Shown piece by piece: positions 1-11,668 of a stretch of DNA of 37,090 nucleotides (the first letter of the stretch is position 1; each line of letters begins with the position of its first letter). The translations under genes were made by a program, and so were the position numbers. Location of the stretch: NCBI RefSeq assembly GCF_001194135.2, contig NC_068992.1, forward strand, positions 43,828,924-43,866,013. Direction: 5' to 3'. The DNA is from Octopus bimaculoides (Eukaryota). The notes under the pieces are model-generated. The model did not search any database. It had not been told where the DNA came from and was given only the letters and a program-made list of their open reading frames with translations.

Positions 1-1475
1 TGAGAAAAAAACACAGAACATAGTAAAAGTGTCTGTAGAGACAAAAAAATCCAGTTCGTATAAGAGTTACACATGGTGTGTCCCTGGTGGTGGGGCCGTT
101 GGCGCACGACATTGTGGTAGACAGTACATTGATGTTCTGTATGTGTGGTGGTAATGATGTTGACAGTGGTAATGAGTCAGTTGAAACTTGGCGACGTCGG
201 GGGGAATGCTTGTAGTTGGTAGTAGTAATTGTTGTCGTCACGGTGGTAATCTTGGTTGGCGCACGACGCTGGTGGCGAAAAGGCTGTTTGGTGATGAGTG
301 TTCGTAAATGTGATGGCATTGACAAAGGTGCATGTGTAAGTGATGGTGTTGTCAAAGGTGCATGTGTAAGTGATGGTATTGTCAAAGGTGCATTTGAAGG
401 TTCTAAGATGGATGTGGCAGTGGTGTCATCAAAAGATGTGGACACTTCAAAATATGCCCTTTTAAGACGATCTACAGTGACGGTTTCCGAACGACCATTA
501 ATGTCAAGTTTGAATACTATTGGAGTGCGAGAAAGCACTCGAAAAGGTCCTTTATAAGGTGAAACAAGAGGTCCTTTCACAGAATCATCTCGAACAAAAA
601 CATGTGTCCAAGAGTTAAGATCAGATGGCACATTAAAAGGAGGAATTTGATGTCGGGGATCCATAGGAGGAAGGGCAGAAAAATAACTTCGTAGTCGAAC
701 AACATATGACTCTAGATTAAGAGACTGTGATTTGTCTGGCACCAACATCGTTCCATGCAATGCCAGAGCGGTACCATACAAGAGCTCGGCGGAAAAAAAA
801 CCTAGGTCTGCTTTAACCGCAGACCGACATCCAAGCAAAACGACAGGAAAAAATTCAGTCCACGACTGTGGATTCGGTGAGGCACGCAACGCGGCCTTAA
901 GTTGCCTGTGAAAACGCTCCACCATCCCATTAGAAGCGGGATGGTAACTAGTGGTGCATATATGATGTATCCCCAAAATTCGTGATAACTCACGAAATAA
1001 AACAGCTTCGAATTGTCGACCACGATTTGTTGTTAAACTGGACGGTACACCGAACCTAGAAACCCAATTAGACACGAAGGCTTTTGCAACAGTTTCAGCA
1101 GAAATTTCTGCTATAGGCATGGCTTCCGGCCAACGGGAGAAACGATCGATACAAGTTAAAATATGAGAAACCGCGACTCACAGGCCATGGTCCAACCAAA
1201 TCAAGGTGGACATGGTGAAAACGGGCTTCAGGAGAAGAAAACTGTCCAAGTGGAGCACCTACGTGTCTATGGACTTTAGTACTCTGGCACTTCAAACAAG
1301 AGCGTGCCCAAGAGGTAATCGATCGCCACATATTGAGCCAGAAGAAACGAGCAGAAACAAGCTTTACTGTGGCAGAGATGCCCGGATGTGACAATGAATG
1401 AAGGGCATCAAAAACAGAACGTTGATGGTTCTCAGGTACTAAAGGCCTAGGAGAACCGGTGGATGTGTCACACAC
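1..1475 (-). pseudogene. Gypsy integrase, frameshifted near 1160, with a Pro/Thr/Ser-rich C-terminal extension running off the window
   Basis: HHCC zinc finger (HSLSHPG...CLKC), HVHLDLVGP, then after a 1-nt slip [13 protein letters not shown]...TTNRGRQF...[17 protein letters not shown]...AELLYG...PYKGPFRV...VDRLKRA. Manual translation shows no stop from ~1157 to base 1. Confidence 0.9.
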
Positions 1476-2176
1476 AATATAGAGCCTTCATATGAAGGGA
1501 ACGGAAGGTAGGCAAATTTACAATTGTTGAATTTTGGCGAAGTTAAATTTAACGTCGACAAAAGAGGTTGGTCCTGCGAAATAGCAAGTAAATCAATTGT
1601 TGCAGGAGAGGAAACAGAACTGACAGGGAGTCTCGAGAGAACATCAGCCGGGACGTTCTCCTTCCCTGGCACATGTCGAATGTCACTTGTAAACTGTGAA
1701 ATATAGTCCAGGTGACGGAAAGCACGAGGGGAGAGTTTGTCTGTTTTAGAAGACAGAGCAAACGTAAGGGGCTTGTGATCAGTATAAATCACAAACTCCC
1801 ATCCCTCGAGCTGGTGCTGAAAATGCCGAACTGACAGATTGATCGCTAGTAACTCTCGATCAAAGGTACTATATCTGCGTTCGGCAGGCTGCAATTGACG
1901 AGAAAAGAAAGCCAAAGGTTGCGATTGATTATCTACGGTGTGCTGCAAAACAGCACCGACCGCAGAATCTGAAGCATCCACAGATAAAGAGAGCGGAGCA
2001 TCAGGAGCCGGATGTGCAAGAACAGGAACGGAGGATAATTCCTGTTTCATGGACTCAAAAGCAGACAACGCCTCAGCAGAAATAGTTAGTTGAGCATCCT
2101 TCTTAGAATGGCCTTGTAGTAACTTCGTTAAAGGAAGTAGCTTGTCCGCACACCGATCTATAAATCTTCTGGGCAA
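1439..2176 (-). pseudogene. Gypsy RT-connection/RNase H domain
   Basis: RRFI...LLPLTKLL, LAHP...VDASDSAVGAVLQH, FFSRQLQPAERRYSTFDRELLA, YTDHKPLTFAL, HVPGKENVPADVLSR. Confidence 0.92.
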
Positions 2177-2424
2177 TCATTCGGTACTAGTACGCTAACT
2201 GTCATTAATTCGGCATTTTCCGCAAGGAAAGAGGGAAAGGATGACGTTATCTGTTATCTGTTAGGTAGCAGACAACAGGCAGGAGGGAAAAAGAAGAAAA
2301 GCAACTCTCTATCTATCTATCTCTCTTTCCCCCTCCCTTCCCTCTCTCTTAAGAACACATGCCAGTTATCTCTCGCTTTCTCTCTCTATCTGTCGCTGAC
2401 TAACGTCCTTTCCCTCTTTCGTTT

Positions 2425-2740
2425 AGTCGAATTGTCGACTAGCCTCCGACGTCTGACAACTACCAAAAGATCAAAGTGATTTAGAAAATCCGCACCCAAT
2501 ATAGGATGGGGAATGATAAAAACCCATTGAAATTCTCGACGAAGATTTATATCGAGGCGTAACGAAACCTGCCCGAATGTGGCTATTGGTGACGAGTCAA
2601 TAGCGTACCAAGTAACATTAGAGCGTTTTGGCCTGTCATTAGTAAGACGCAGAGGCCAAATGCTACAAGAACCAGTGTCTACCATGAAGAATTTCTTCGA
2701 CACTAGATCTTTTACAAAAAATGCACGATAACTAAAAAAT
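2425..2740 (-). pseudogene. Gypsy aspartic protease remnant
   Basis: FFVKDLVSKKFFMVDTGSCSIWP ... ILGADFLNHFDLL (DTG catalytic motif). Confidence 0.85.
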
Positions 2741-2782
2741 GAAGAGGAGGAAGCTGACGTGCGCAACTCCTCCGAAGTTAGT

Positions 2783-3365
2783 TTAAATGTTTGTATGTAC
2801 ATGGCAATATACACTTATGAGACTTCTCTCCAAATTTGAAATGATACTAACACTGTCCGGACTTTGACTGTGTTGAGCGAGATGCAGAACGACTGCGACT
2901 ACGCGACCTTGAAAAACGTTTGCCATCACATCCATCCTTTTGGTCAATGTTTCAATTTGTTTTGAAAGAGTGTCAATTGAAATTGAGGAAGGTGCATCGG
3001 AGCAAACACAAGCAGCACGAGACGATGGCTGCACGGAGAATTCCATAATCTTATCAGCCATTGTGGCTATTTGGTCTACAGTATTTGATTCCAGTCCTGT
3101 TGCCAAAATTGATTGTATATTTGATGGCAACCTAGAAAAAAAAATCTTCCGGAGTAGGGGAGCGTCAGCGGATTTACCGCTTAACTCTCTTAAACGGCGT
3201 AAAAATTGGGATGGCGTTCTGTCCCCTAACTCTTCGTCTGCCATCAATTCGTTGAAACTGCTTTCCTCACTTCTAGTGTTCCTCTGTAAAATTTCTGCTT
3301 TAACAGACGCATAAGTAGCGTCTGGACTCGGATCTGTAATTAAATCTCTTGAAGCCGATTTTCAC
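2783..3365 (-). pseudogene. Gypsy gag remnant, 5'-truncated next to a SINE
   Basis: The frame of ORF 2783-3247 extends upstream as DLITDPSPDATYASVKAEILQRNTRSEESSFNELMADEELGDRTPSQF, a typical Gypsy gag capsid segment. Confidence 0.85.
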
Positions 3366-3377
3366 TCAGGTTCCATA

Positions 3378-3554
3378 TCAACCCCACTGCACAACTGATA
3401 CTTCTTTATTGACCCCAAAAGGATGAAAGGTAAAGTTAACTTCGACTGTACTTGAACTCAGAATGTAAAGAGCTGGAAGAAGCGCTGCTAAGCATTTTGT
3501 CTGATGTGCTAATGATTCTGCCAGCCTAATAATAATAATAATAATGATAATAAT
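3378..3554 (+). mobile_element. SINE 3' fragment with (AAT)n tail
   Basis: gaccccaaaaggatgaaaggtaaagttaac...gaactcagaatgtaaag...ttctgccagc followed by (aat)n. Resembles an abundant octopus SINE body (recognition from memory, not searched). Confidence 0.65.
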
Positions 3555-3559
3555 ATGTC

Positions 3560-4337
3560 TAACAAACTTTTGGGATCCTTCTGATTTGACGGGTACCACT
3601 TGTTTTCTTAACGAAACACTTTCACACTTGAGATACTGGTAGAATGTGTCATATAAAACAACTTTTTCTCTTAGCCTTCTTAACAAAAAATTGTACATCG
3701 CAAGTTATTTCATGTTAAAGTTGTCGTATTTCTGTAATTTCAACCAATCACTGACGTCTATTCAGTTGAATACAGTTACTGCTGTTTTTGTAAACAATAA
3801 TTTTTGCCGGTGTCAAGAGTGTTATTCCCTGTTTAATTATATCATTATTCCTTAGTAAGGGTTTTAGGGTTAGGGTTCGGGTTTTAGAGTTAGGGTTAGG
3901 GTTATGAGTGAGGTTATGGCAAAAATAATCATAACCCTAACTCTAAAACCTGAACCCTAACCCTAAAACCCGAAAGCTAAAACCAGTACAAACGCACGAA
4001 CGATGTCATAAATAACAGTACCACCGATAGTTGTTGTTGACAAACTACGGCACTAATTTTATTCAAAGGAAAAGATCACATGACACCGTTAGAACATGTT
4101 GTTTACATTCCATGGCAGTAATTGTTTTCACTTCAATAGACGTCAGTGATTGGTTGAAATTACCGAAATACGACAATTTTTTACACGAAATAACTTCGAA
4201 TACAAAAATTTTTATCTGTTCTATAACACAAAATATACAAGTATACGAAGTTTGAAAGTGTTTCGGTACCAAAAACACTACATAAAACATAAATGAAAAG
4301 TGTTGCCTGTCAAATCAGAAAGATCCAACTTTTGTTA
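3560..4337. mobile_element. Foldback/MITE-like palindromic element with internal inverted telomere-like repeats
   Basis: Nested inverted-repeat pairs: 3560-3595/4305-4337, ~3611-3637/4240-4266, 3717-3782/4114-4180 and 3858-3906/3929-3971 (TTAGGG-like versus CCCTAA-like). TA at both outer ends. Confidence 0.8.
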
Positions 4338-4399
4338 TAATTGCTCAACCTATTTTTATAGCTAAAACATTTTTTCTCTTCTTCAATCCCTTTCTCCTC

Positions 4400-4400
<1 letters not shown>

Positions 4401-4456
<56 letters not shown>
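4401..4456. repeat. (TATC)n microsatellite
   Basis: Direct reading. Confidence 0.95.
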
Positions 4457-4457
<1 letters not shown>

Positions 4458-4629
4458 GTCTGTCGGTTTATCTATCCATCTAACCCATGTGTTCCCAACT
4501 TTCATATCTTGTAATTCTTCAAATAACTTACAAATTATATTTCTTTAGATCTTTGCAATATTCTCTCTCCGTTTCATAACCCATGTTTTCTCATACGCCT
4601 TGTTTCTCATTCTCGTCATGACCCCCTCC

Positions 4630-5920
4630 TCCAGTGATAGTCTTTCAAGTCTCTCATGTCTTCAGCAGTCACAGCCCATCTTTCACTGCCATGTAGCATA
4701 TATATATACTACACTGTACTTGTTGCCAAACCTCACCTAAATGACAGTGTCCTTGTACCTGGCTTGAACAGCTTTCACCAACCACTCATCTATCCCTTTT
4801 TTTTTTTTTGGTCTGACCACCAAGTAAGGGATTGGGGGACCCTGTCAAAGGCTTTCTCCAAGTCAAGAAAAGCCAAGTATAAAGGTTTGTCTTTGGTTAT
4901 GTATTTCTCTTGCAGCTGCCTTACTAGAAATATAGCATCAGTGGTGCTTCCCCCTGGCACAGAACCAAACTGCATCTCAACTAGACTACCTCTCTTCCTA
5001 ATTAGTTGGACTGTGACCCTCTCCATAACTTTCATCACCTGATCCAACAATTTGATACTTCTATAATTATTTCTATCAAAGGCATCACCTTTACCTTTGT
5101 AGCAGTTGACTACAGTGCTGCTACACCAGTCATTGGTAACGACTCCTTCGTGAATCACCTGATTTACAATACGGGTGACTAGACCACAACCCACACCGCT
5201 AGATATTTTAAGCATCTCAGCAGTGATTCTTGGTGGATCAGGGGCTTTCCCTATCTTTATATCCTTAATTGCTTTATCTACCAAGGTTCTGTCGATTTGG
5301 TGGAGGTGCAATGGCCCAGTGGTTAGGGCAGCAGACTTAGGATCACGGTTTTGTTTCCTAGACCAGGCGTTGTGAGTGTTTATTGAGCAAAAACACCTAA
5401 AGCTCCACGAGGCTCCGGCAGGGGGGGGGGGTGAGCCTTGCTGTACTCTTTCACCACAACTTTCTCCCACTCTTTCTTCCTGTTCCTGTTGTACCTGTAT
5501 TTCAAAGGGCCAGCCTTGTCACACTCTGTGTCATGCTGAATCTCCCCAAGAACTACGTTAAGGGTACACGTGTCTGTGGAGTGCTCAGCCACTTGCACAT
5601 TAATTTCACGAGCAGGCTGTTCCATTGATCGGATCAACTGGAACACTTGTCATAACTGACGGAGTGCCAACTGTTGATTTGGGTAGCTGGTCCCTCAATT
5701 GTGTCAACATTTGGCAGGCTCTCCTCCTCCTCCCATTTATTCTCCATGTTCAACAGTCTTTCATAACGGCATTTCCTAGCCTCTTTTTGTTTGCAGAATC
5801 ATTAAATGCAAGTGCACCATCATCCATGCAGACACATAACATCTCAACTTTCTCTCACACACTGTCTTGCAACTGAAACACTTCAGTTCTTTGGTCCTCA
5901 CAGTGCTGAACAGCTCTTCT
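4630..5920 (-). mobile_element. RTE-clade LINE reverse-transcriptase fragment, interrupted by a SINE at 5301-5670
   Basis: ...LLNMENKWE...IEGPATQ | IDRTLVDKAIKDIKIGKAP...WCSSTVVNCYKGKGD...NYRSIKLL...MQFG..PG.STTDAIF.VRQLQEK...LYLAFLDLEKAFDRVP; later LHGSERW after an internal deletion. Confidence 0.9.
5301..5670 (+). mobile_element. tRNA-derived SINE with 12-bp target-site duplication
   Basis: tRNA-like head ggaggtgcaatggcccagtggttagggcagc (A-box-like tggcccagtggtta). TSD ctgtcgatttgg (5289-5300) versus ctgttgatttgg (5671-5682). The LINE frame rejoins when the SINE is removed. Confidence 0.85.
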
Positions 5921-6839
5921 CCGTCTGATCAGAGCAATATTCATATCACTTACACACTCTACAGAGAATATGGAGAACCCCTGAGCAATGATAACCAAAG
6001 AACTTCTCTCACAATTAACAAAGAAGCACTATTTAGCCAGTGCCACTCTAGTGTGCTGTCTACCTAGTTATTTACACTTTAACATGAAGTTCAAACCTAA
6101 TACTAAACCCTGAATCTAAATTATAACCCATATCAGGTCATTTCTCAATGTAGACTGCAGAAACTGAAAGACTGCATGCTAAAATAGCACTGTTTAGCTT
6201 TTCTTTCTCTGAACAGTTTCAAACCAAGTCCAGTGATTAAGAATCAAAATGTTTAGCCTTACATTGCTTGTATTGGACGCTATCAGTTTTTAATAGTTAT
6301 TCAAGCTTGAATGAGAGGTCAGATATAAAAAGTACCTAAATATCTAAGAATTCTTCTAAAATCTCCATATCATCTATGTACGAGATTATGTGAAGCAGTT
6401 GTGAATGCCTGTGAATAGATGTAACTGTCCATCTTGAAGCTTACCTCTACCACCTTCTTTGGCAAAGACTAGTAGTCAGACATTTTTTTTTATCACTGGT
6501 ATATTATAGTGAAAGGGGTTATAGCATTAAATGAGAATAGAAAACCTGCGGTCCCTTTCTTTAGCAAGAAAACCATTATTTGAGAGTTGCTCAAAGAAGT
6601 TGATGGTTATGAGATAAACACACTTGCTACTTTTGATTACATTTTTATATAAAGTGAATGTAAAATGGCAAGATTAACATGAGTGATGAGTTCTATAATC
6701 TAACACTTAACCAGAGTGATCAAGGTTTTTGGATGCAAGGAGCTTTCTTGCATGGTTATCACCCTTTGGGAATAGGAATGGCAATGTGTTAGAATGTACA
6801 AAGAGAAAAAGAACTGGATATATCTGGAAAAATATATTA

Positions 6840-6920
6840 TATGCATACATACAAACATAGATACACACATACGCACACACACGCACACACACTCATGCAC
6901 ACACACACACACACACACAT
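6840..6920. repeat. (CA)n/(TACA)n compound microsatellite
   Basis: Direct reading. Confidence 0.9.
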
Positions 6921-7899
6921 ATATGCCTGTATGCCTGCATACATGCAGGCATGCTTTATTCGGTTGTGTCACAATCTGGGGAAGTTACAGTGTAAACAAA
7001 ACAATTTTGAGTTTCACAACACACACCACCTAAAATTCACATTTTTGAGTAGTATTTGAGCCCTGAATATTTTCTCTGCAAATATGCAGTTTTATCTACT
7101 TTAATAACAATACTGTCAGGACCACCAGCCTTCAGTGGATTGCAGAGCAAATCTCTTGTGCAGATATGTAAATAATTTTTATAGTAAACTGAAGTAGTGA
7201 CACCAATCCCTAATTCCCCAGTTTAGAATTGATTTAACATGCAATTTTCTGTCATAAAAAAAAAAAAACATGAAAGTAAATTACTTCATAAGTCAATTGT
7301 GATCAATACTGGAAGTGACAACAGTGACATACCAAAATATTATAAAACACATTTGATATCTAATGGATGCGCTTCCTATGTGGATCTCAGCAACTTCTAT
7401 ATTCATGAAGTTATCAACCATTCACTCAGTTATACTATGTGTACTGTTTTCATGTTATATTAAATGCATGTAAATTCTATACTAGTTATGAGTATCCTGT
7501 AGCTTGTGTAACTTTCTGAATGACATACCTAATGAAAGTTTACTTAAATTTTTTTGGAAATACTTGGTAATGAACCATGTTTCAACCAGCCCCCTTGGAT
7601 CTGGCTTTGTCATGACGAAGGGGCTTGCATGTCCTGTAGATCCAAGAGAGTGTTACCATCTGGAGTTTTACCATCTGGAGCTTTACCATCTGGTAAGGCC
7701 ACCCTAGGCAGACCAGTCTCCTGAGGAGGTTCTAAACTAACAGTGATCCTTGATGTGTCAGCTCATTGCCAAGATGGCAGCCTCATCATCCGACTTTTCT
7801 GTGGAAGACCATCAACCTGCTCAGAAGAAGTTGTTGTAACAACCCTTGACTTGTTACGACACTGACCAGAAGAAAATGAACTGCCCAACCAACAAGAAA

Positions 7900-8560
7900 T
7901 CAACTTACACTATACAGTTTAGGTTTCCACATGGAATATCCTGTCACTCCTTCACTGCAGAGCAGCCACTCTGCCTTCTCATGAGTTATTCCACTACAAC
8001 ATCATCCTGATAGGTCTCTACAAGACACACTGGCCTAGCAGTGGTGTGAATTCATCATAGGAAACCACTGTCTCATCTGGTGTGGCCCCAAGAACCAGAT
8101 AGGCCTCTGCAGGTGCTCATCAGTTGGGACCTGGTGAACAACCACTTGTCCACCCATTTTCTCCACCAGCACAGGAACATGACTATCATCATTGCCTATG
8201 CCCCAACAGGTGTCACAGAAAACAAGTCAAGGATCACAACTACAATCAGCTCCAACAGTTTTTAGGACAAATCCCACACTGTAACATCATAATCATCTTG
8301 ACAGATACTAATGCTAGCACCAATGACAATAGTAATCACCTGCTTCTCCTATGCCATGAGAACAATCTCTATATCATCAACACCTGGTTCCCCCACAAAC
8401 TAATCTATCACTAAACTTGGTATAGTCCAGACATCTACACCTGGAAGGCAATCAATTACATCATCTTCTGCTTCTAGAGGTCATTTATCACTAACTGCCA
8501 GGTCTACAGAGGAGATAAACTCAGCAATACCAATCATTAATTGCTGACTGTGACACTCCA
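7900..8560 (+). mobile_element. Degraded LINE apurinic-endonuclease (APE) domain, RTE-like
   Basis: Fragments RFSTWNIL, MTIIIAYAPT, IIIILTDTNA, CHENNLYIINTWFPHK..H*TWYSPD, INYII and VYRGD....NH*LL follow the order of L1-type endonuclease motifs, with stops and frameshifts. Confidence 0.75.
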
Positions 8561-8704
8561 GTTGAAGTGGGCCTCATCCCCAAGTACCAGCACCACCTTC
8601 ACTCATCTTGTGTCTGTGATCCCAACATCACCTCTACTCTCACAACATCAGCCACATGTTCAACAAGCTCCACAGAGCCTGTGCTGGTCCCCAGTTCAAG
8701 GTGA

Positions 8705-8880
8705 AAAAACTGGGATTGATGTGAGGACAGAATATGCTCAGAAAACTGCTTTATTGGGGACAGCAAGGATTTTGAGATAGTTTAATGTTAAGTCTCATGG
8801 ATGAAGATACTGCATGATCTTTGACGATAGGTTGTTGCCCATTCTTATAGAATCAGCCAAAGCAAGTGAAATCAAGCTCT
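8705..8880 (+). mobile_element. 3' end of an R4/Dong-like (RLE-type) LINE
   Basis: GIDVRTEYAQKTALLGTARILR matches the C-terminal QKxxLLGTARILR motif of R4-clade proteins. Confidence 0.55.
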
Positions 8881-9146
8881 GAGAAGTGTATTTACAACAA
8901 TAGTAATACATATATAAATAATGAATTTAAACAGGAGAAATAATTTATTTAATTTTTTTTTATTCTCAGATATCTGTTATAATTTTAAAATAATCAGAAA
9001 TTGTTCAATGTATAGTTTTAAAAATTATTTGTGACAATATATTATTCAGATTTTATTGGTGATGGCATCACTGATTGAAAGAGTAAAAAAAATCATTTTC
9101 AAAACTTCTTTAAACAATCAGATTGTTAAGCATGGACATTCTATTG

Positions 9147-9180
<34 letters not shown>

Positions 9181-9183
<3 letters not shown>

Positions 9184-9445
9184 GATGGAGGAAGCAGGTT
9201 AAAGAGGGCATTGACACTTTTGAATCTGCACATAGAAATTAAGCGTGCTGCTCAAAAGCGCACTGCTGGTGTAGTGAATGGGGAAAGCTTGGTCTGCAAT
9301 GTTTGCAGTCATGAATGCTTATCAAGAGCAGGGCTCATTAGCTACCAATGGACCCACAAATGCAAAATATAAGTTAGCCCTTGAGCACACAATGCTCCTG
9401 AAGGTCAGCAATGGTCTTCCTCGGTCAATAGTGGATGGCCATCAT
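9181..9445 (+). mobile_element. 3' end of an RTE/BovB-like LINE (C-terminal zinc knuckle)
   Basis: RWRKQVKEG...KRAAQK...LVCNVCSHECLSRAGLISYQWTHKCKI* (CxxC...R.GL.SH.R.H-type terminus). Confidence 0.7.
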
Positions 9446-9646
9446 TATATCTATATATATATATATACATATCTATGTATGTATGTGTCTATATATATAA
9501 CTTTTTATTTACATCTACCCGTATAATGGTCTTAATAGCTTGCCCTTCGCTTTTAAATTTAACTGACCAATTATATTGGAAGCTGGACTTTGGTCAATCC
9601 CATTATGGGTAATAGGTGGTTGGTCTTTACAACATATCAGTTAGTA

Positions 9647-10730
9647 TCAGGTCATCCAATAAGTTCTGTCTGAATTTTGAATAAAGAAAACAAGTGATCA
9701 AATGTTATATTTAATTGAAATTTAATCATCAATGTACTTTCCCTGATTATCTATGACTTCCTTCCATCTATTTACAAGCTTTTTAATCCCATCAATGTAA
9801 AACTCTTTTGGTTTCAAAGTGAAGAATTCTGAAATGTCAGTCTCGACCTCCTCCTGGCTTGCGAAAGTTATGTCCTCCAAATGATTCTGTAAACTACGAA
9901 ACAAATGGTAGTCTGAAGGAGCTAGGTGAGGAGAATAAGGTGGGTGAGGAATTTTTTCCTAACCAAGCTCTTCGATCTTCTGTGATATGATCTTTGCAGT
10001 TTGGGGTCACGCATTGTCTTGATGAAACATCACTCCTTTTCGATTCACTAAAGCGGGTCTTTTTCTCTTCAAAGCTTGGTTCAAACACTCTAAATGCTGA
10101 CAGTAGACTAGAGCATTGATTGTTGTATTAGGTGGTAACAATTCAAAGTGAATTACTCCTTTGCAATCCCACCAGATAGAGAGAACCTTTTTTCCATGAA
10201 GTTCCCTTCTCGATAGAAAATCCATTTTCCATCACCAGTCACAAGTCTATCCAAAAAGAGTGAAATGAGTTCGCGAGAATGGAGAGAAGAGCAGTTGTCA
10301 ACTTGGGATTTGCGGTTGCATTCGGACAATTCATGAAGAATCCATTTTTCAAGTTTAGGAACCTTTCCAAGTTGTTGAAGCTGACGATGAACAGTTGTAT
10401 GGTTTGAACTAAGCTTTATTGCCAATTCTTCAACTGATAATGCAAGATTTTCTTCAAGTAATGCCTCAAGGAGCTTATCATCAAACTAAAATGGACGTCC
10501 TGTTCGATCTTCATCTTCAAGGCTGAAATCGCCACTTCTGAATTTTGCAAACCATCTTCTCCAAGTTCTTTCATTCAAGCATTCTTTCCCATAAACTGAG
10601 TGTATGTTTCGAGTCGCTTCGGCTGCAGAGTTTCATTTTTTGTACTCATAAAGCATTATGTGCCTTAAATGCTCTTTGGATACTTCCATGTTAGAAATAA
10701 ATTTTAATTCTATTATTCTGTAAAATAATA
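9647..10730 (-). mobile_element. Mariner (D,D34D) transposon, pseudogenised; 5' TIR lost in the gap
   Basis: TA then TIR tcaggtcatccaataagttc at 9647. Transposase 10689->9722: MEVSKEHLRHIMLYE...VTGDGKWIFY...WWDCKGVI...FHQDNA...HPPYSPHLAPSDYHLF...RWKEVIDNQGKYIDD; stops and a deletion present. Confidence 0.92.
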
Positions 10731-11641
10731 NNNNNNNNNNNNNNNNNNNNNNNNNNNNNNNNNNNNNNNNNNNNNNNNNNNNNNNNNNNNNNNNNNNNNN
10801 NNNNNNNNNNNNNNNNNNNNNNNNNNNNNNNNNNNNNNNNNNNNNNNNNNNNNNNNNNNNNNNNNNNNNNNNNNNNNNNNNNNNNNNNNNNNNNNNNNNN
10901 NNNNNNNNNNNNNNNNNNNNNNNNNNNNNNNNNNNNNNNNNNNNNNNNNNNNNNNNNNNNNNNNNNNNNNNNNNNNNNNNNNNNNNNNNNNNNNNNNNNN
11001 NNNNNNNNNNNNNNNNNNNNNNNNNNNNNNNNNNNNNNNNNNNNNNNNNNNNNNNNNNNNNNNNNNNNNNNNNNNNNNNNNNNNNNNNNNNNNNNNNNNN
11101 NNNNNNNNNNNNNNNNNNNNNNNNNNNNNNNNNNNNNNNNNNNNNNNNNNNNNNNNNNNNNNNNNNNNNNNNNNNNNNNNNNNNNNNNNNNNNNNNNNNN
11201 NNNNNNNNNNNNNNNNNNNNNNNNNNNNNNNNNNNNNNNNNNNNNNNNNNNNNNNNNNNNNNNNNNNNNNNNNNNNNNNNNNNNNNNNNNNNNNNNNNNN
11301 NNNNNNNNNNNNNNNNNNNNNNNNNNNNNNNNNNNNNNNNNNNNNNNNNNNNNNNNNNNNNNNNNNNNNNNNNNNNNNNNNNNNNNNNNNNNNNNNNNNN
11401 NNNNNNNNNNNNNNNNNNNNNNNNNNNNNNNNNNNNNNNNNNNNNNNNNNNNNNNNNNNNNNNNNNNNNNNNNNNNNNNNNNNNNNNNNNNNNNNNNNNN
11501 NNNNNNNNNNNNNNNNNNNNNNNNNNNNNNNNNNNNNNNNNNNNNNNNNNNNNNNNNNNNNNNNNNNNNNNNNNNNNNNNNNNNNNNNNNNNNNNNNNNN
11601 NNNNNNNNNNNNNNNNNNNNNNNNNNNNNNNNNNNNNNNNN
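10731..11641. other. Assembly gap (N run)
   Basis: Ns. Confidence 1.
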
Positions 11642-11668
11642 AAATATATATATATATATATATATACA

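Larger units (their letters stand above)
1..3365 (-). mobile_element. Ty3/Gypsy LTR retrotransposon, internal region (gag-protease-[RT deleted]-RNase H-integrase), defective; both ends not visible
   Basis: Minus-strand translations in Gypsy order: gag (EELGDRTPSQFLRRLREL, LLRKIFFSRLP), protease (FFMVDTGS, ILGADFL), RNase H (VDASDSAVGAVLQ, YSTFDRELLA, YTDHKPL), integrase (HxxxxH...Cxx[30 protein letters not shown]). No LTR or PBS identified. Confidence 0.95.

Noticed and set aside
216-557. Plus-strand 113-aa ORF with a hydrophobic start
   Set aside because: Antisense to the Gypsy integrase C-terminus; same for 2940-3314 (gag) and 4656-5042 (RTE RT).
3858-3971. Head-to-head telomere repeats as a chromosome-fusion scar
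   Set aside because: Only ~8 degenerate units, mirrored exactly and embedded in a larger palindrome with TA ends; a foldback element explains it better.
5301-5370. tRNA-like sequence as a tRNA gene
   Set aside because: The anticodon arm is partly deleted and the B box is degenerate; it is the head of a TSD-flanked SINE.
6700-7059. ORFs rich in CV/HT/YI repeats (also 19326-19621, 22732-23135)
   Set aside because: Translations of microsatellites; no splice-phase or domain support.
7655-7700. Three ~14-nt direct repeats (ttaccatctggag)
   Set aside because: Contiguous short tandem duplication with no spacers in a LINE 5' region; not CRISPR-like.
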